Assembly (NCBI GenBank): GCA_010093995.1
Contig: ML992502.1
Coordinates: 2,364,728 to 2,428,727 of the forward strand
DNA: 64,000 nucleotides
From: Elsinoe ampelina
Lineage: Eukaryota
Direction of reading: 5' to 3'
The notes beneath the pieces were generated by a model, which worked only from the letters and a program-made list of their open reading frames with translations, was not told the DNA's origin and searched no databases. The position numbers and the translations under genes are program-made. Shown piece after piece: positions 22,001 through 34,579 of the stretch. The first letter of the stretch is position 1; each line of letters starts with the position of its first letter.

Positions 22001-23129
22001 TCACCAACGTCTTCCTCGTCCGCGACCACGCCCTCCTCCTCCTTGCTGCTGTTGCAACATGGCCAATTGTTGAGGACTGTAGCCCTCGAGATTCTGCTGC
22101 GGTTGTGGTGTTCCTCCTCCGAAGCCCTGGTTGCCCTGGAACTGCTGCTGATTGTAGCCCTGACCCGAGTTTTGATGCTGCATGTTCTGACCACCGAAAT
22201 TGCCGCCCATGCCACCCATACCAGGCATACCTGGCATACCCATCTGCTGCATTTGTTGCATGAATGATCCAAAGTCCATTTGACTGGGATCGATTCCCTG
22301 TGCCTGCATGGTTGACATCATCTGTGTCATCATCTCTGGGTTCATGTCAGGCATGCCTGGCATTGCGGGCATTGGTGGCATGCCTCCTCCTCCTCCTCCT
22401 CCCGATCCACCTCCAAACATGGCTTCGAATTGCTTGTGCTCATTCTTCAAACCCGATACCTGCTCCCTCATCTCCTTCTGCTTCATACAGTATTGCACCC
22501 ACGTGAATTCGTCAAAGCCATAATTGAAGAAATCAGTTGGATCGGTTCCGGGCACTCGCCATGGCTTCGTCTCCATCGCAACATCTGCGTCCAGATCAAT
22601 CTCGGTGATGGGCTTACCGGCTGGATCATAGATGGGTGTGTCGTCCAGCTTGATGGTAGAGCTTCTGTACTCGGGATACTTTGAGCCATCCTGGACTGCT
22701 AGCTTGCCGCCGACAAAGGTGGTTTCGGACTTGATTGTTGTGGGCGCAGCGCCTCGAGTCGGTAGAGCCTCTGGTGCTGAAGATATCCGTACTGGTTCTT
22801 GCTTGACTCGCTTAAAGTCCTGTGAAGGTCTGATTGAGGATTAGTGTTCTGCTTTAAAAGCAGTGCATCTTACTCACTGTCCTGGCGCATCTTTCCGCTC
22901 TGTGATGATATCGATGTCCTGTCCCGTGTTAGACTCTTCTCTGAATCGGAGCACTTTCCGAACTCACGGATTCACTGTCGTCCTCTTCTTCCTCCTCATC
23001 GTCCATGTCCGCATCTCCCGGCTCCTCTACCTTTACAGTTGCGCTGTGCCCGTTCGTCTGCGCAGTCGTCTCATTCGTCCCGCCATTCACCGCTTCGGTA
23101 CCATAGATGTCGTCTTCGTCGTCCTCCAT
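22001..23129 (-). CDS. FIP1: Pre-mRNA polyadenylation factor Fip1 (spliced)
   Basis: Acidic N-terminus [10 protein letters not shown]; Fip1 motif [28 protein letters not shown]-terminal Q/G/M-rich tail ending GRGRGRRW; introns in 22800-22970. Confidence 0.92.
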
Positions 23130-23478
23130 ATTGTTGAACGTGTATGCTGTGTTTGGGAAGAAGGTCAAGAAATGGCTGCCATGAGCTGTGCTTGGATCTT
23201 CAAGGTGGTCAAAGCTCCTTGACGACGCGGTTTTCTTCTGCCCGCGTAAAGAGCATGAGGGTACTTAGCTCACAACGAACACATCTTTCACGAGGCTGGA
23301 TCGGAACTACATCTCGCCATCCGCATGTACCTCGATCACTTTGATTGAAACAGTCACGACATCACCAGCGTCTATAATACTCGGACGGAAGAGCAGTGCC
23401 GCCAACTTCACCTATCATTGTGACATCGAAAGCAAAGAGCCCCTTCGCATGAGATAAACTGCACGATTGTGAATCAAG

Positions 23479-25003
23479 ATGGCTTTCGGCCGCTCAAATT
23501 CACTGAGCATCAACACTGGCGCGACAAACAGCCTTTTGTGAGTTTGCGCACTCTCGGACCGTGTGAATCTTGGACATCTCGAGAGCATCCTGTAGCATTT
23601 GTGATTGTGGATTCTCGCTCGATGTCCCTGAGCTATCATTCGGATCGTTTCCATACGTTCTGTACTGATTCTTTGCCAGCGCGTCACAACAAAACAACAC
23701 ATCCCAACCAGCACAGACAGCCGGGCTGTTCGGCAGCACCGCGAATGCGCCAAAACCAGGAGGGCTGTTCGGGGCATCAACAACTGGGACGACAGGACAA
23801 ACCGGTGGCGGAGGTCTCTTTGGTGCAAGTACACAACAATCACAAGCGCCACAGGCTGGCGGTCTCTTCGGAAGCGCATCAGCGCAGAACCAGAACAACA
23901 CCCAACAAGCAGGGCAGACAGGCACATCGTCATTATTCGGAGGGCTAGGACAGAACAATGCTCAAACACAGCCTACGCAAAGCACATCCTTGTTCGGTGG
24001 ACTAGGTCAGTCGCAACAGCAGAACAAACCATCCGCACTCTTCGGCGGACTAGGACAGAGTACGACACAACAACCCCAACAAACCTCAAGTCTCTTCGGC
24101 GGAGACCTAGGTCAGAGCCAGCAACAAAAACCCACCGGCCTCTTCGGCGGCCTGGGCCAATCCACCCAACAACAGCAATCGCAACCACAACCCACGACCC
24201 AAACCGCCCCCTCTCTCCTCTCCGCCAGCCTATTCAACGCCCCCCTCCCCGCCCCCCTCGCCGGCTCCCTGACGATGGGCCAACCCACCTCCGTCCCCTC
24301 AACCACCCAACCCGGCGTCAAAATCGACATCACCTCCCTCCGCCCAACCACCCGCTTCTCCGACCTCCACGACGACCTCAAGAAACAAATCGAAACCCTC
24401 GACTCGTTCATCAAACTCCAAGAATCCTACGCCGCGCAATGCGAGGCCCTCCTGCCCTCTCACGGGCAAAACATCGCCTCCTTAAGTCCAGACGTGCAGC
24501 TCATCGAGTCGAAACTCGACACCGTGGAACTAGGGCTCGAGAACGACTCGGCGGACGTGCAAGCCGCGAAACAGAGCCTCGAGGGGGACAAAGCGGATTT
24601 CTTCCGCGTGGTGCGCGTGATTGAGAACCTCCAGCTGCCGTCGCGGTTCCACTACGGGCCGTCGTTGGGCGGCGGGCGGCAGGGTCAGGGAACGAATGGG
24701 TCAGGGGCCTTGGACGAGGAGTACGATGTGGATTTGCTCGGGTATTTCTCGCGGGAGGTGGGAGGGATGGATAGAGTCGCGGGGACGTACGCGGGGGCGC
24801 TGGGCGAGGTGGAGGCGCATCTGGGCGTCGTGGAGAGGTCGGTGTTGGAGGCTGCGAGAGGGGGTGGGGAGGGGCAGGGGACGGTGGCCGAGTTGGCGCA
24901 GACGTTGAGGGGGTTTGAGAAGGGGATTTTGGACGCGGCGGGACGGGTGGGGGAGGTGAGGGAGGGGGTGGGGAGGTTGGTGTTGGGGAGGTCGGGGTTC
25001 TAG
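23479..25003 (+). CDS. NUP49: GLFG/SLFG-repeat central-channel nucleoporin Nup49/Nup58
   Basis: Exon 1 MAFGRSNSLSINTGATNSLF, intron 23538-23679 (GTGAGT...CTGAT...CAG), many GLFG/SLFG repeats, then GVKIDITSLRPTTRFSDLHDDLKKQIE and coiled coil. Confidence 0.85.
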
Positions 25004-25449
25004 GGTTCATGGACTACAGCGCAGTGGGCAATGATATGAGCCAGGGGCGGGCAAGCGATGCATTCACAGGCACATGCAGAGACGATCATCAGTGTCTTTG
25101 CAAATAATAGATTCGTAGCGCTAGAGCGCTCATCTCGTGATATGATACAAACATGCCTCCCGTCATTGCATTGCATCCCAGGGTATCGTGCTTGCCCTTT
25201 TCCTTCCTTTCAAAAACTCCAGCCATGGGATCCACCGTCTAGCGAATGGAGTATGGGGTATCGTGATCATCAAGCTCGTGAAGCCTCCGTAGCACGTCTC
25301 TGCGCGCTGTGTAGTCGTTTCTTGTTCCCACCTTCCCGTGCCTGCCGATCGTCTCATGCATGTGCGTGATCGTGGTGGTCGTTCTCGTCGTGTCTTGTTC
25401 ATCTCCAGGGAAATCGTGGTCGAGGTCGCGCCGTCGAGGGTCGAGTCAC

Positions 25450-25782
25450 CTAGCACTTCAGCCCTTCGCAGCGATGCCAGAACCCTTGTCCTTCGCCCGT
25501 GTTGAGCGTTACTGTTCCGCTTTCCATGACGGGGCCTTGCTCGACCATTGACAGGGGGCCGGCGGCATCGGTGGACCTCTTTGCGTTGCGAGCTTTGGAT
25601 TGCTTGGTTTGTGTCTCGGACACTGGTGCAGCTGAGCGGGACTGAATGTTGGCGACTTCGACCTTGGGTGCGGCTGAGAGAGCGTCTCGTACGTCTAGCT
25701 CGACGTAGCCTTTGGGGATGGCGTAGGCGAAAGCATACAGAGCAGCGTAAGCGAGGATGAGTAGGGGGGCGAGAGGAAGCAT
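25450..25782 (-). CDS. Small secreted protein (110 aa), candidate effector or prepropeptide
   Basis: Hydrophobic signal peptide MLPLAPLLILAYAALYAFAYA, internal KR dibasic site, C-terminal FWHRCEGLKC. Confidence 0.65.
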   Translation of the reverse strand: MLPLAPLLILAYAALYAFAYAIPKGYVELDVRDALSAAPKVEVANIQSRSAAPVSETQTKQSKARNAKRSTDAAGPLSMVEQGPVMESGTVTLNTGEGQGFWHRCEGLKC

Positions 25783-27909
25783 GGTTGTTTGAGTTTCAGG
25801 TGTTGAATCTGAGGGTCGAAGAGGAAGAAAGTGATTTGTAGCTTGGCTCGGGAGGTAAGGTGTTGTTGGAAGATGTGGTGAGGATTCGTGTGAGGATGAT
25901 TCCAGGATGATATGAAGGATTTCGGCCTATTGTTGGAGTCCTCCCGCGCAATTGTGGTCTGACGCAAAGCGACGATAGAACAATCGTACGGTTTGATTGC
26001 TCCCGCTACTAATTACGTCGATCACGGGGGTACGACAGCTCAAGAGGCGGAGCGGCCGTTATAAATCTCTCTTGGTGAGACGGACGGGTATTTCGGCGAT
26101 GGAGAGGGGAGCTTCTGTTGAAAGCCAGGAGGTGTGAGCTATTCTTGCAGGCGCGGGCCGGTGTGCAGGTCGGGTCCTGGGGGAAATTGGGCAGTCGCAC
26201 GAATACTTTTGCAAAGAGGACAGATGGATTTGGGTCCTTGAAACGAGGTCACGCGGTTAGCGAGCGGAGTAGTCATGGGCATCTGGACGCTTTTACATCG
26301 TCTGACCGCTCTGTGGTGTAGTGAGCTAGGCTTGTGACGGACCAGGTTTAGATTTGGCGCTGGCTCTGGCGCGAAGAGCGTCATGTGGGCGCGTGCCAAA
26401 GGGCGTCATTCGATGTCGTTGCCCAAGCCCGCCTTCCACCCAAACTTGAAGAACGTTGTGGGGACACAAGGCATCTTCAAGGGGCTCTGGACCATGTGCA
26501 TTGAGTCGTGCTGCCCATCGACCAATCGACGGCGGTGAGCAGCATCAGACCGCCAACCATTCGCTGGACTTCGGAGCCTTGCCTTGCATTGCTGCTCACG
26601 GACACGTTGTACAGTGGGCATTATGGAGACAAGTTGCGTCAATTATGACAAAGTCGTCTGGTGCGATTGACGTTTGCCCAGCGTGGCAGGCAGACAAATT
26701 CCAAGACAGAGGATGGTGTGAGTTTGGAAGCACACGGATGTCAGTCCGCCGCGTACCGGCGTGAAGATCAGAAGATCATGAAGCCATCGCGCGGGTTTGA
26801 ATGCCAGAGCCGCGAGATTTGATCACTTTTCTTTTGCCAACAGCGCGTGTCTCTGGCGTCCATCGGAGATTTGTCCATGAATTCGAGGAAAGCGGCACAG
26901 AGCGTGTCGTGAGGCTGACTTCACGCGTCGGACCTTCTCATCTTTGGCGTGGTCCACGAGATCAACCACGGTTCCGAAAGGAGGGTGAATTGACTCAGAT
27001 CTCATGAACATGTCACGACGTCACCACACCCTCGCCAGGAGGCACTGTTTCGACATGATGCTTTGCCGTGGGATGTCCTTTGCTGGATTTCTCTTTATGA
27101 ACGAAAACGCGGTCCTAAAACACTCCATCCGCAAGCGCAGTTTCAGATTGCGATGACTTTTCATCATGGCGATTCGGTGGCCGGGATGAATTTCGACCAT
27201 GCGCGTGTTCCTGTCTGGGTGGCGCTGCAAGGCGAGGTGGCTTTGCGGGGAAGGTCATGTGTTCTTCTTTTCTGGATCAGATGGTTGGCAAGAGAACACT
27301 TCACCATGGCGGTCACTTTGACGACATGCGACATCTACTCAGCAATCTTGACTTTCTGCAATGCTCGACAGGCTTTGGAGTGTCATCGTACAGTGCAATA
27401 CACAACAATCAAAGCCCAACTTGGGAGCGAGGTGGGTTTTTGCTTCGGGTGGGCGGTCAGATGTGGCAGCAGTCTAGACCTGGCGTTGCATGTACACTCA
27501 CCACAGTGTGGTCGTCGCTATTTTTGCTTTTCGACGTGGCCCATCACCCTGGCGGTGTGACTGCGCTATCACTCGATAGTAGGCTGCGAAAACGTTTCCC
27601 ATCCGTGATTAGACCACGCATCAGGCTGGGTCGTTTGCGGTGCCACCGCGACATGAACTCTTGAGTTCACTCTTTACTACCACTGCTGCCGGAAAGCCTC
27701 CTCGAGGAGGTCATGTGTTCTTCTGGTGCAGCCCGTCCGGTCTTGCAGAGGACGGTTCGATCAAAGGTCTCCACGATGGCTTTGGAGTAGCTTCAGTTTC
27801 TGTTCCTTACATTTGAAGACTGGCAACTTTCTCATAATCTACCGTATGGCTAGGTCTAATTGTCGGTGCAGAAGATACATGCCCGTCTGTATCCCGTCTC
27901 GTTGGGTCT

Positions 27910-29650
27910 TTATTTCGGACTACCTTGCACCCGGATGATACTCGTCACAATCAAGGCTCCGTGCATACTGCACCACACTTCTCCTTGAGGCATCCGTCGC
28001 TTGCAATCAGCGGCAGAGGAGCTCAGGCAGTTGTGACATCTCTGGAGTTCTTGCATGCGTGGTGCAGTATACCTGCTTACGAAGACCCTGCCGGACTCCT
28101 GCATCCAATCGATAGGCTTCCCGCCGTAATGGTCAATATCCATCCGTTTCCCTGGAACCCCCATACCCAAGGCTCTGGCACCGTACTGTATGGCTGACGT
28201 GCAATGGCCGATCACCAACCTCGACTGCGCGGACTGAGTCGTCAACATGGACAACGCTCTTGCATACCTACTTGCTTTCGCCTCGTCCAGCAGACTTTGC
28301 AACGGGTAAGCCTGTTTCAGGTTGTGGTAGTTCATGCTGACGACTAACAGTCCCCGAAGCTATTGAAAAATCTTGGTCCGCAGCGGGCCGTGTTGAACGA
28401 GACCCCTGTCGATATCTCCAAGCGAGGTTGACATGCCCACATTTCACATGTTTCCAGGCGGTCACGACAGCTCTGATCCACCCAGGGCATGAAGCATTGT
28501 CGCATGTCCCCGCATGGCTGTTGGCATGGTTGTCAATATAGGCAAAATTTGATACCTTATGAAGCAGTCAACGCCATTGCATGACCCGCCGACCCGGTGA
28601 AAGGGGGACTGGGGTGGAGCTTCTCAAGGGGGCAATGATCTACACGGAACCCTGCCCACGGGCGATCCGGCTTTGTGGTTGCGCAGACTGCCGTCAAGTC
28701 CTTTGTGAATGAACTGGACAAGTCTCGGAGAAGTCTTGGATGTGTTCTCTTCCTGAAGGATTCGAGGCGAACAAAGTGATTCTCATGCACACGTGCAAGT
28801 GTGTGATGATCGCTGTCACTGTGTCACGGCGGACCGCTTTGACTCTGAGCAGGTCCACGCAACGGCCCATGGTTCTCAAGACGGAGACTAGATGTCGAAT
28901 CATATGCGTTGCTATATCTAGGTAACAATGGATGCTCTGAGGAATGCAGTGCACAGCGACCATGTCTGAACCCATTCCAGCATGTCGGGACAGTCTAATC
29001 CTGCAGAAACCATGGCGAGAACAACCCGGACAATCCTTTATGCAAGTTATGCAGAGACCATCGCATAAAACTGCGAGCGGTACACGGTAACATCACTAGT
29101 CTGTGTGAGCCTGCTCGAAGTTCGGAAAGAACTCGCGATACCAATTTGATGGTCTGCTCCTGGTCGCCTCGTTCATGAATCGAGGAGGTCCTCTTCGTCA
29201 CATTAGGCAGGGACGAGTGGTCGATCATAGGCCATCATCGGTGCATTTGTCGATAATTATTCAGCTCGCCCAGGGCTTTGTGGGCAGAAGCTTTACCGAA
29301 CGACGGAAGATTGGGTCCGACGTGACTCGCTTGACAATGCATGGTTCGACCAACACATGCAATGTCCCAATTTGCTTGACCTGTCCTCATCACTTTTGTA
29401 GACAGAACGATACTCCTGATCTCTTATTCTTCGACTTGACCTCAAACATCTTGTATATTGTGAGACTGGTACGTTGGACGTACTTCAGGTGCTTTACCGC
29501 CTAAAAATCTCGTTGTACACGGGAGAAAACACCGCAAATACTACTCAGAAGCCCTCACCTCTCGCGAACCTTGTTTCTCACCTACATTCCACGGAACACA
29601 TTTTCGTCCGCATCTTCCGAGGGCCAGGAGATTGCATATCAAGCCATTGT
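27910..29650 (-). pseudogene. Highly decayed RecQ-type (telomere-linked-helicase-like) gene relic
   Basis: Degenerate motifs in the expected order across several frames: LVSVLRTMGRC (motif I-like), TVTAIITHL, RVDHC, ILTTMP, ARALGMGV (motif V) and DWMQESGR (motif VI). Confidence 0.4.
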
Positions 29651-29947
29651 CCACTGGATAAACAGGCCTGCACGCTCCTGATCGAGCAAGACAGCTGAAA
29701 TAGCTGGTCCGTGGCTTCCACATTTCGACGGCCAGAAGATCCAGACCCCGGGTTCAACTGAACGACCCAAACCACCGGGACTGCCAATACGGCTCATCGC
29801 ATTCTCGCCCCTCCCGTCTCCCTTCTGCATTATTGACGTCTGATCTGACAGACGACAAGACCCAGTCGATCTGCCTTTAATTCCAAATGGCAGATCTCTA
29901 GCTTTCGCACCGCCTCGAGAGACCTGCTGTGTCGGTGTCGGTCAGCA

Positions 29948-31231
29948 ATGACACCCAAATCGCCGGAATCTCCACCGCCACTTGACGTGCCGACCCAACG
30001 GCACAGACGACACCTCGGAACTTATCTACGCAAATTTGGCGCCGTCATCCGCAAGAAAGTGAGCGACAGTGATCTTGCAAGCACTTCACATGTAGAAAAG
30101 AACGATGGTCCATCGACAACAACGAATCCCGTCAGATCGTCAATCGACAACGCCTCTCGCCACTCCAAGCATGCTCCGTCCGTGGACAGTATGGATCGCT
30201 CATCGGTTGCCTCGGGGCGTCGATCAAGTGTTCGATCAGATCCAAGATCACTCGACTCGCGAGGCTCCATCATGACAGGTATGAGTACAGTGTCAAATGT
30301 CGACCGATCAGCAGCCAGGCAGGAACGTGCACAATTTCTGTTCGCAAAGTATGGACTGGCCATGAGCTCTGACTTTCCTCCGGAACGGAATCAAGCACTG
30401 AGATCTACGACTGAACCGCTGCAACGGATCCAGAAGCGGACTCGACTGCGTATGCACGCTTCCTGCCATGAATGCAAGACGCCATTCGGAGCTGGATCTT
30501 TTTGCGTCAAATGCAAGCACAGGCGATGTCGACTGTGTCCTCGGGCTGCTCCAAAGGGAGTGCAACAATTGGTCGAGCATACGAAACGGCAACTGGAGAG
30601 TCTTATGGAACCACCAGGAGGTCTTGATATCAAGAAGCTGCACGTCAAAGAAACTCAATACGATTACTCTCAGAGATCACCAACAATCTCAGTTGACTCC
30701 GGCAGATCTACACCCTCACCAATTACCAAACCAAGATCAAGGTACGACTCCAGAGTCGAGCCAGATCTACCGGACAGCCCCCGAACCATGGAGTCTGTTC
30801 TAGCAGCCAGAGATCCTGTACTTCCACGACCACTTTCCTTGCATATGAACATTGATGCTGGAGCTTTCGAATACCGATCACCACACAATCGAGATTTGTG
30901 CTATTCTCTAGAGATGGCAACAGCGAAGCTATGTGGTATGCTCCATGATTATTTGCCAAACATATGACATCAACACTAACCCTCTACAGAACGTCAAGGT
31001 CTCGACCTTCAAAAGCTACAACGACTCTTCCCACTATCCTTCAAAGTAGTACAAGCCCTCACGAACAAGTCACGACAACAGCGAGTCTTTCGCCTGCCAC
31101 GATTCAAAGTCAGGGTTCCATGTCCGGGATGTGGCCAACCACTACCTGGCAGGGCTGGAAGCTGTCAGATCTGCATGAATGTCGGGTTTGGAGGAAGGCA
31201 TGCACTACGCAGACCCCTGGCTGTCTGCTAA
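29948..31231 (+). CDS. Hypothetical protein with Cys/His Zn-binding repeats (CxxC-CxxCxHxxCxxC)
   Basis: RMHASCHECKTPFGAGSFCVKCKHRRCRLCPR. Intron 30936-30989 (GTATGC...CTAAC...CAG) joins a second exon with a degenerate second copy, QRVFRLPRFKVRVPCPGC...CQIC, ending TAA at 31229-31231. Confidence 0.7.
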
Positions 31232-31859
31232 CGACACAATCACGAGAATCATGAATCAGCCATGAATGAATTGCGAAGCATGCAGCGAACGCCTACCATC
31301 ATTCATGGCCATATAGAAAGACATTGCATGGCAAAAGAGAGGGGAGGCACATACCGCTCGGCATTTTTACAAGCATGACCATGATATTCTGAAACGACGA
31401 GACAAGATGAAGCTGGCTCGTACTGATAGAAAGTCAATTGCTGATATCGAATCAAATCGAATGAATATGACTTCTACCATGTCTTTTCTCACGTGGCTTG
31501 TTAGGAATGTTTTCTTGATGCAGCCGAAGGTAATAACAGTGTCCACCGTCCTCCACGCATTGTCACCGTCTCCTCGCCAATCTTCCACTTCTGGACATGT
31601 ATCACGCAACTTTACGTCCCCATGTCCCTGGCGTCCAGAGCAGTACGCCTTCCCCTCCCATGCTCCCACTCCCCCTTCGCTCTCTTCTCACCCGGGCCTT
31701 TCCCCTCTTGCCTGCCCCTACAAGCCCCCCCTCCCTTTACCGTCTCCATCCCCACACCGTCCCCTCTCTCCCGTCCTCCCTCCCCCTCCTCTTTCCCCGT
31801 CTCCCCTCCTTCGCCTCCTCCATCCTCCTCCACCCCTACCGCCCGTATCTCAGGCAACC

Positions 31860-32592
31860 CTACTCCTCCCCCTTAAGTCTCTCCTCAATCTCCACTACCT
31901 CCTCGGCATCGCCCACCTCTATAATGCGCTGCACTTCAGCCGTGTTCCTGACCAGCTCTTTGGCCCCGGCGTAAACCATCTTGAGTTCGGCGTTGCACGT
32001 CACGGGTAGGTAGTACAGCATGACGTAGGGGACGGAGAGGCGGCCTGATGCCTTGTTCTACGCATCAGGAGGTGTGACTGAGGGNNNNNNNNNNNNNNNN
32101 NNNNNNNNNNNNNNNNNNNNNNNNNNNNNNNNNNNNNNNNNNNNNNNNNNNNNNNNNNNNNNNNNNNNNNNNNNGAGGGACGAGGGGGATGCGTGAGCGC
32201 GGATGGACTGACCATTGTCAATGGGTATGAGAGGAGGATGTACCGCGGTGAGTGGTCGGGGAGTTCGTCTGCTAGCTCTTGGAGGTTGGTGTAGGTGACG
32301 TCGTCTTCGGCGTGGATTTCGTGGGTGGATTTGTTGATCAGGTCTTCTTGCGGGTGGAGTCAGATGGGTTCCTTCTAAAAGGCATTGAGGTCCGTGGTCC
32401 TGGCTCGGGAGGAAAGGGTAGTGCTGTGGGACGTACATATCCTTGCTTGAGGTGTGTTGGACCGCGAGGTGGAGAGGCGGAATTTGCGCAGAGCGGCTTT
32501 GGTCTCGGGGGAGAAGGTGTAGAGGCGGGCTTCTGCTGACTTGACAAAGTGATTAGTGGAAGACGTTCGAGAGTGGGAGGGAGGTGTACCAT
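31860..32592 (-). CDS. AIM7: Glia maturation factor (ADF-H family) homologue, Arp2/3 debranching factor; 3 introns
   Basis: Spliced product M-SAEARLYTFSPETKAALRKFRL...LADELPDHSPRYILLSYP...GRLSVPYVMLYYLPVTCNAELKMVYAGAKELVRNTAEV; not captured as a single ORF in the track. Confidence 0.85.
32085..32174. other. Assembly gap (90 N) inside the last GMF intron
   Basis: Run of N flanked by G-rich low-complexity intron sequence. Confidence 0.99.
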
Positions 32593-32937
32593 TGTGTTGG
32601 GATCTGGAGGTTGGCCGGCGGTGACTCTGGGAGGCTGACGGTCAGGTCTCGTAGGATCGGACTGCGAGTCGATAGGGTCTACAGATAGGAATTGACGACA
32701 CAATGCCTCGAGCGAGCAAATCGATAGCAACCAAAGAATACTCGAGCAACAGAAAACAACCTCACCGTCAAGCTCACCAAGCCCCACCGGAACAAGCTCC
32801 GATCTCACGACCCCGCAATGATGAGCTCTACATCATAGATCCGACCATTCTTCTCGATCCCTCATATAAGTTACCATCTTCTCCCAACCCTTCCCTCCAC
32901 CCACCCTCCTCCCTCCCATCATCCTCCACAAAAACCC

Positions 32938-33897
32938 ATGTTCTCCCGCCTCTCCCTCCTCACCCGCCAACTCACCCGCCCCAGTCCCCTCTCCCAATCC
33001 CTCAAAATGGCCACCACCACCACCACCTCGTCCGCCCGCCAACACCTCTCCTCCAAAATCCACACGGCCGCCTGCCTCATCATCGGCGACGAAGTCCTCA
33101 ACGGCAAAACCCGCGACTCAAACTCCCACTACATGTCGCAATGGTGCTTCAAACTCGGCATCGCGCTGCGCCGGATCGAGATCATCGCCGACGACGCCTC
33201 GGAGATCTCAGAGGCCGTGACGCGCATGTCCTCCTCGTACGACTTTGTGGTCACGTCGGGAGGTATCGGGCCGACGCACGACGACATCACGTACGAGAGT
33301 ATCGCCAAGGCTTTCGGGCTGGACTTGACCTTGCACGACGAGGCGTTCGCCAGGATGCGGAAACTGAGCAGGCCGCACCCTTCGCAGCCGGATTTTAGTT
33401 GGGAGAAGCCCAGCGCGGCGCTGGAGGCGAAGAAGAGGATGGTGATTTTGCCGTGGAATGAGGAGTTGAAGGATGAGGAGCAGGTCAAGTTTGTGGCCGA
33501 GGATTTGTGGGTGCCGGTGAGTGTGGTCAATGGGAATGTGCATATACTGCCGGGCGTGCCGAGGTTGTTTGAGAGGTTGTTGGATGGGCTTGGGGAGGGG
33601 GTGAGAGGGAGGGTCCAGGATCCGGATAAAGGGGTGCATAGGATATTGTTCAGTACGCCGCTAGCCGAGAGTGCGGTGGCGGGGTATTTGACCGAGTTGA
33701 GTAAGAAGGTGGAGAGTAAGGGGATCAAGGTCGGGAGTTATCCGAGATGGGGGAAGAGCAGGAATACAGTGACGCTGGTGGGGAGGGATGTTGATTACAT
33801 GGAGGGTTTGGTGAAGGAGGTAGAGGAGGGCGTGAAGGGAAGGAGAGTGCAGAGAGAGGATGAGGATGATAGCGGCGGGAGTGATATGGATAGCTAG
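32938..33897 (+). CDS. Molybdopterin-binding-like (MoCF/CinA-type) protein, probable FAD pyrophosphatase Fpy1 family, with mitochondrial-type presequence
   Basis: AACLIIGDEVLNGKTRDSN, VVTSGGIGPTHDDITYESIAKAF, LPGVPRLF, KVGSYP; Arg/Ser/Leu-rich N-terminus. Confidence 0.85.
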   Translation: MFSRLSLLTRQLTRPSPLSQSLKMATTTTTSSARQHLSSKIHTAACLIIGDEVLNGKTRDSNSHYMSQWCFKLGIALRRIEIIADDASEISEAVTRMSSSYDFVVTSGGIGPTHDDITYESIAKAFGLDLTLHDEAFARMRKLSRPHPSQPDFSWEKPSAALEAKKRMVILPWNEELKDEEQVKFVAEDLWVPVSVVNGNVHILPGVPRLFERLLDGLGEGVRGRVQDPDKGVHRILFSTPLAESAVAGYLTELSKKVESKGIKVGSYPRWGKSRNTVTLVGRDVDYMEGLVKEVEEGVKGRRVQREDEDDSGGSDMDS

Positions 33898-34579
33898 ATT
33901 TGTGAATCGACATATGTCAGATAGATTGTAGATCAATGTAAATACTTGTCAAGTATACACTCGAAGAGCAAGTTGCTTTGGGGGACTTGCTTCCATTACT
34001 GTTGTCTGCGCAAGGGACACCGCCACATCTTCCCTTGCCGACTACTATCTGTCTAATCGCTCGCTCTACTACTACCACTCAGCACACTACAACATTGTTA
34101 AAGTGAATGCAGGTGAGCGGAGAAGTGCTGTCACGGCTGCCTGAAGCAGCGAGTGATACTTCCCTGACCCATCATCCAAGTATTACTCCTGCAGGTCACA
34201 TACCGTGCAGAATGGTCGCTGACCGTCGTACCGGCCGAGAGAAAATAAGGGAGCGATTGTGTTATTGATCTTTTCCCAGTCTTCCACCATCTGATCCATC
34301 CATGACCTCCTGCATCCACCCCCGCGAGCTATGTGTGATTTGTTGCAACATCGAAAAGCAAATAGATGGGGGGAATCGCTGCAGTTGTAATGACAAGACA
34401 AAAGAAAAATCGAGACCGGGATGTGTCAAAGGTGTAGACAATGAAGAGGAATCCGATCGAAACGAGGGCGTCAAGATGCGTCGGGATGAGCTTTTGGACC
34501 AGCAACAACGCCGTCCAATGCGGTCTTGAGAGATGCAAGAAGCTGTTGCTGCCAAAATGCTGGAGTGGCGGGAGAGGTC

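Noticed and set aside
31407..32009. 200-aa Pro-rich plus-strand ORF
   Set aside because: Antisense to the GMF last exon and its G-rich 3' UTR; low complexity.
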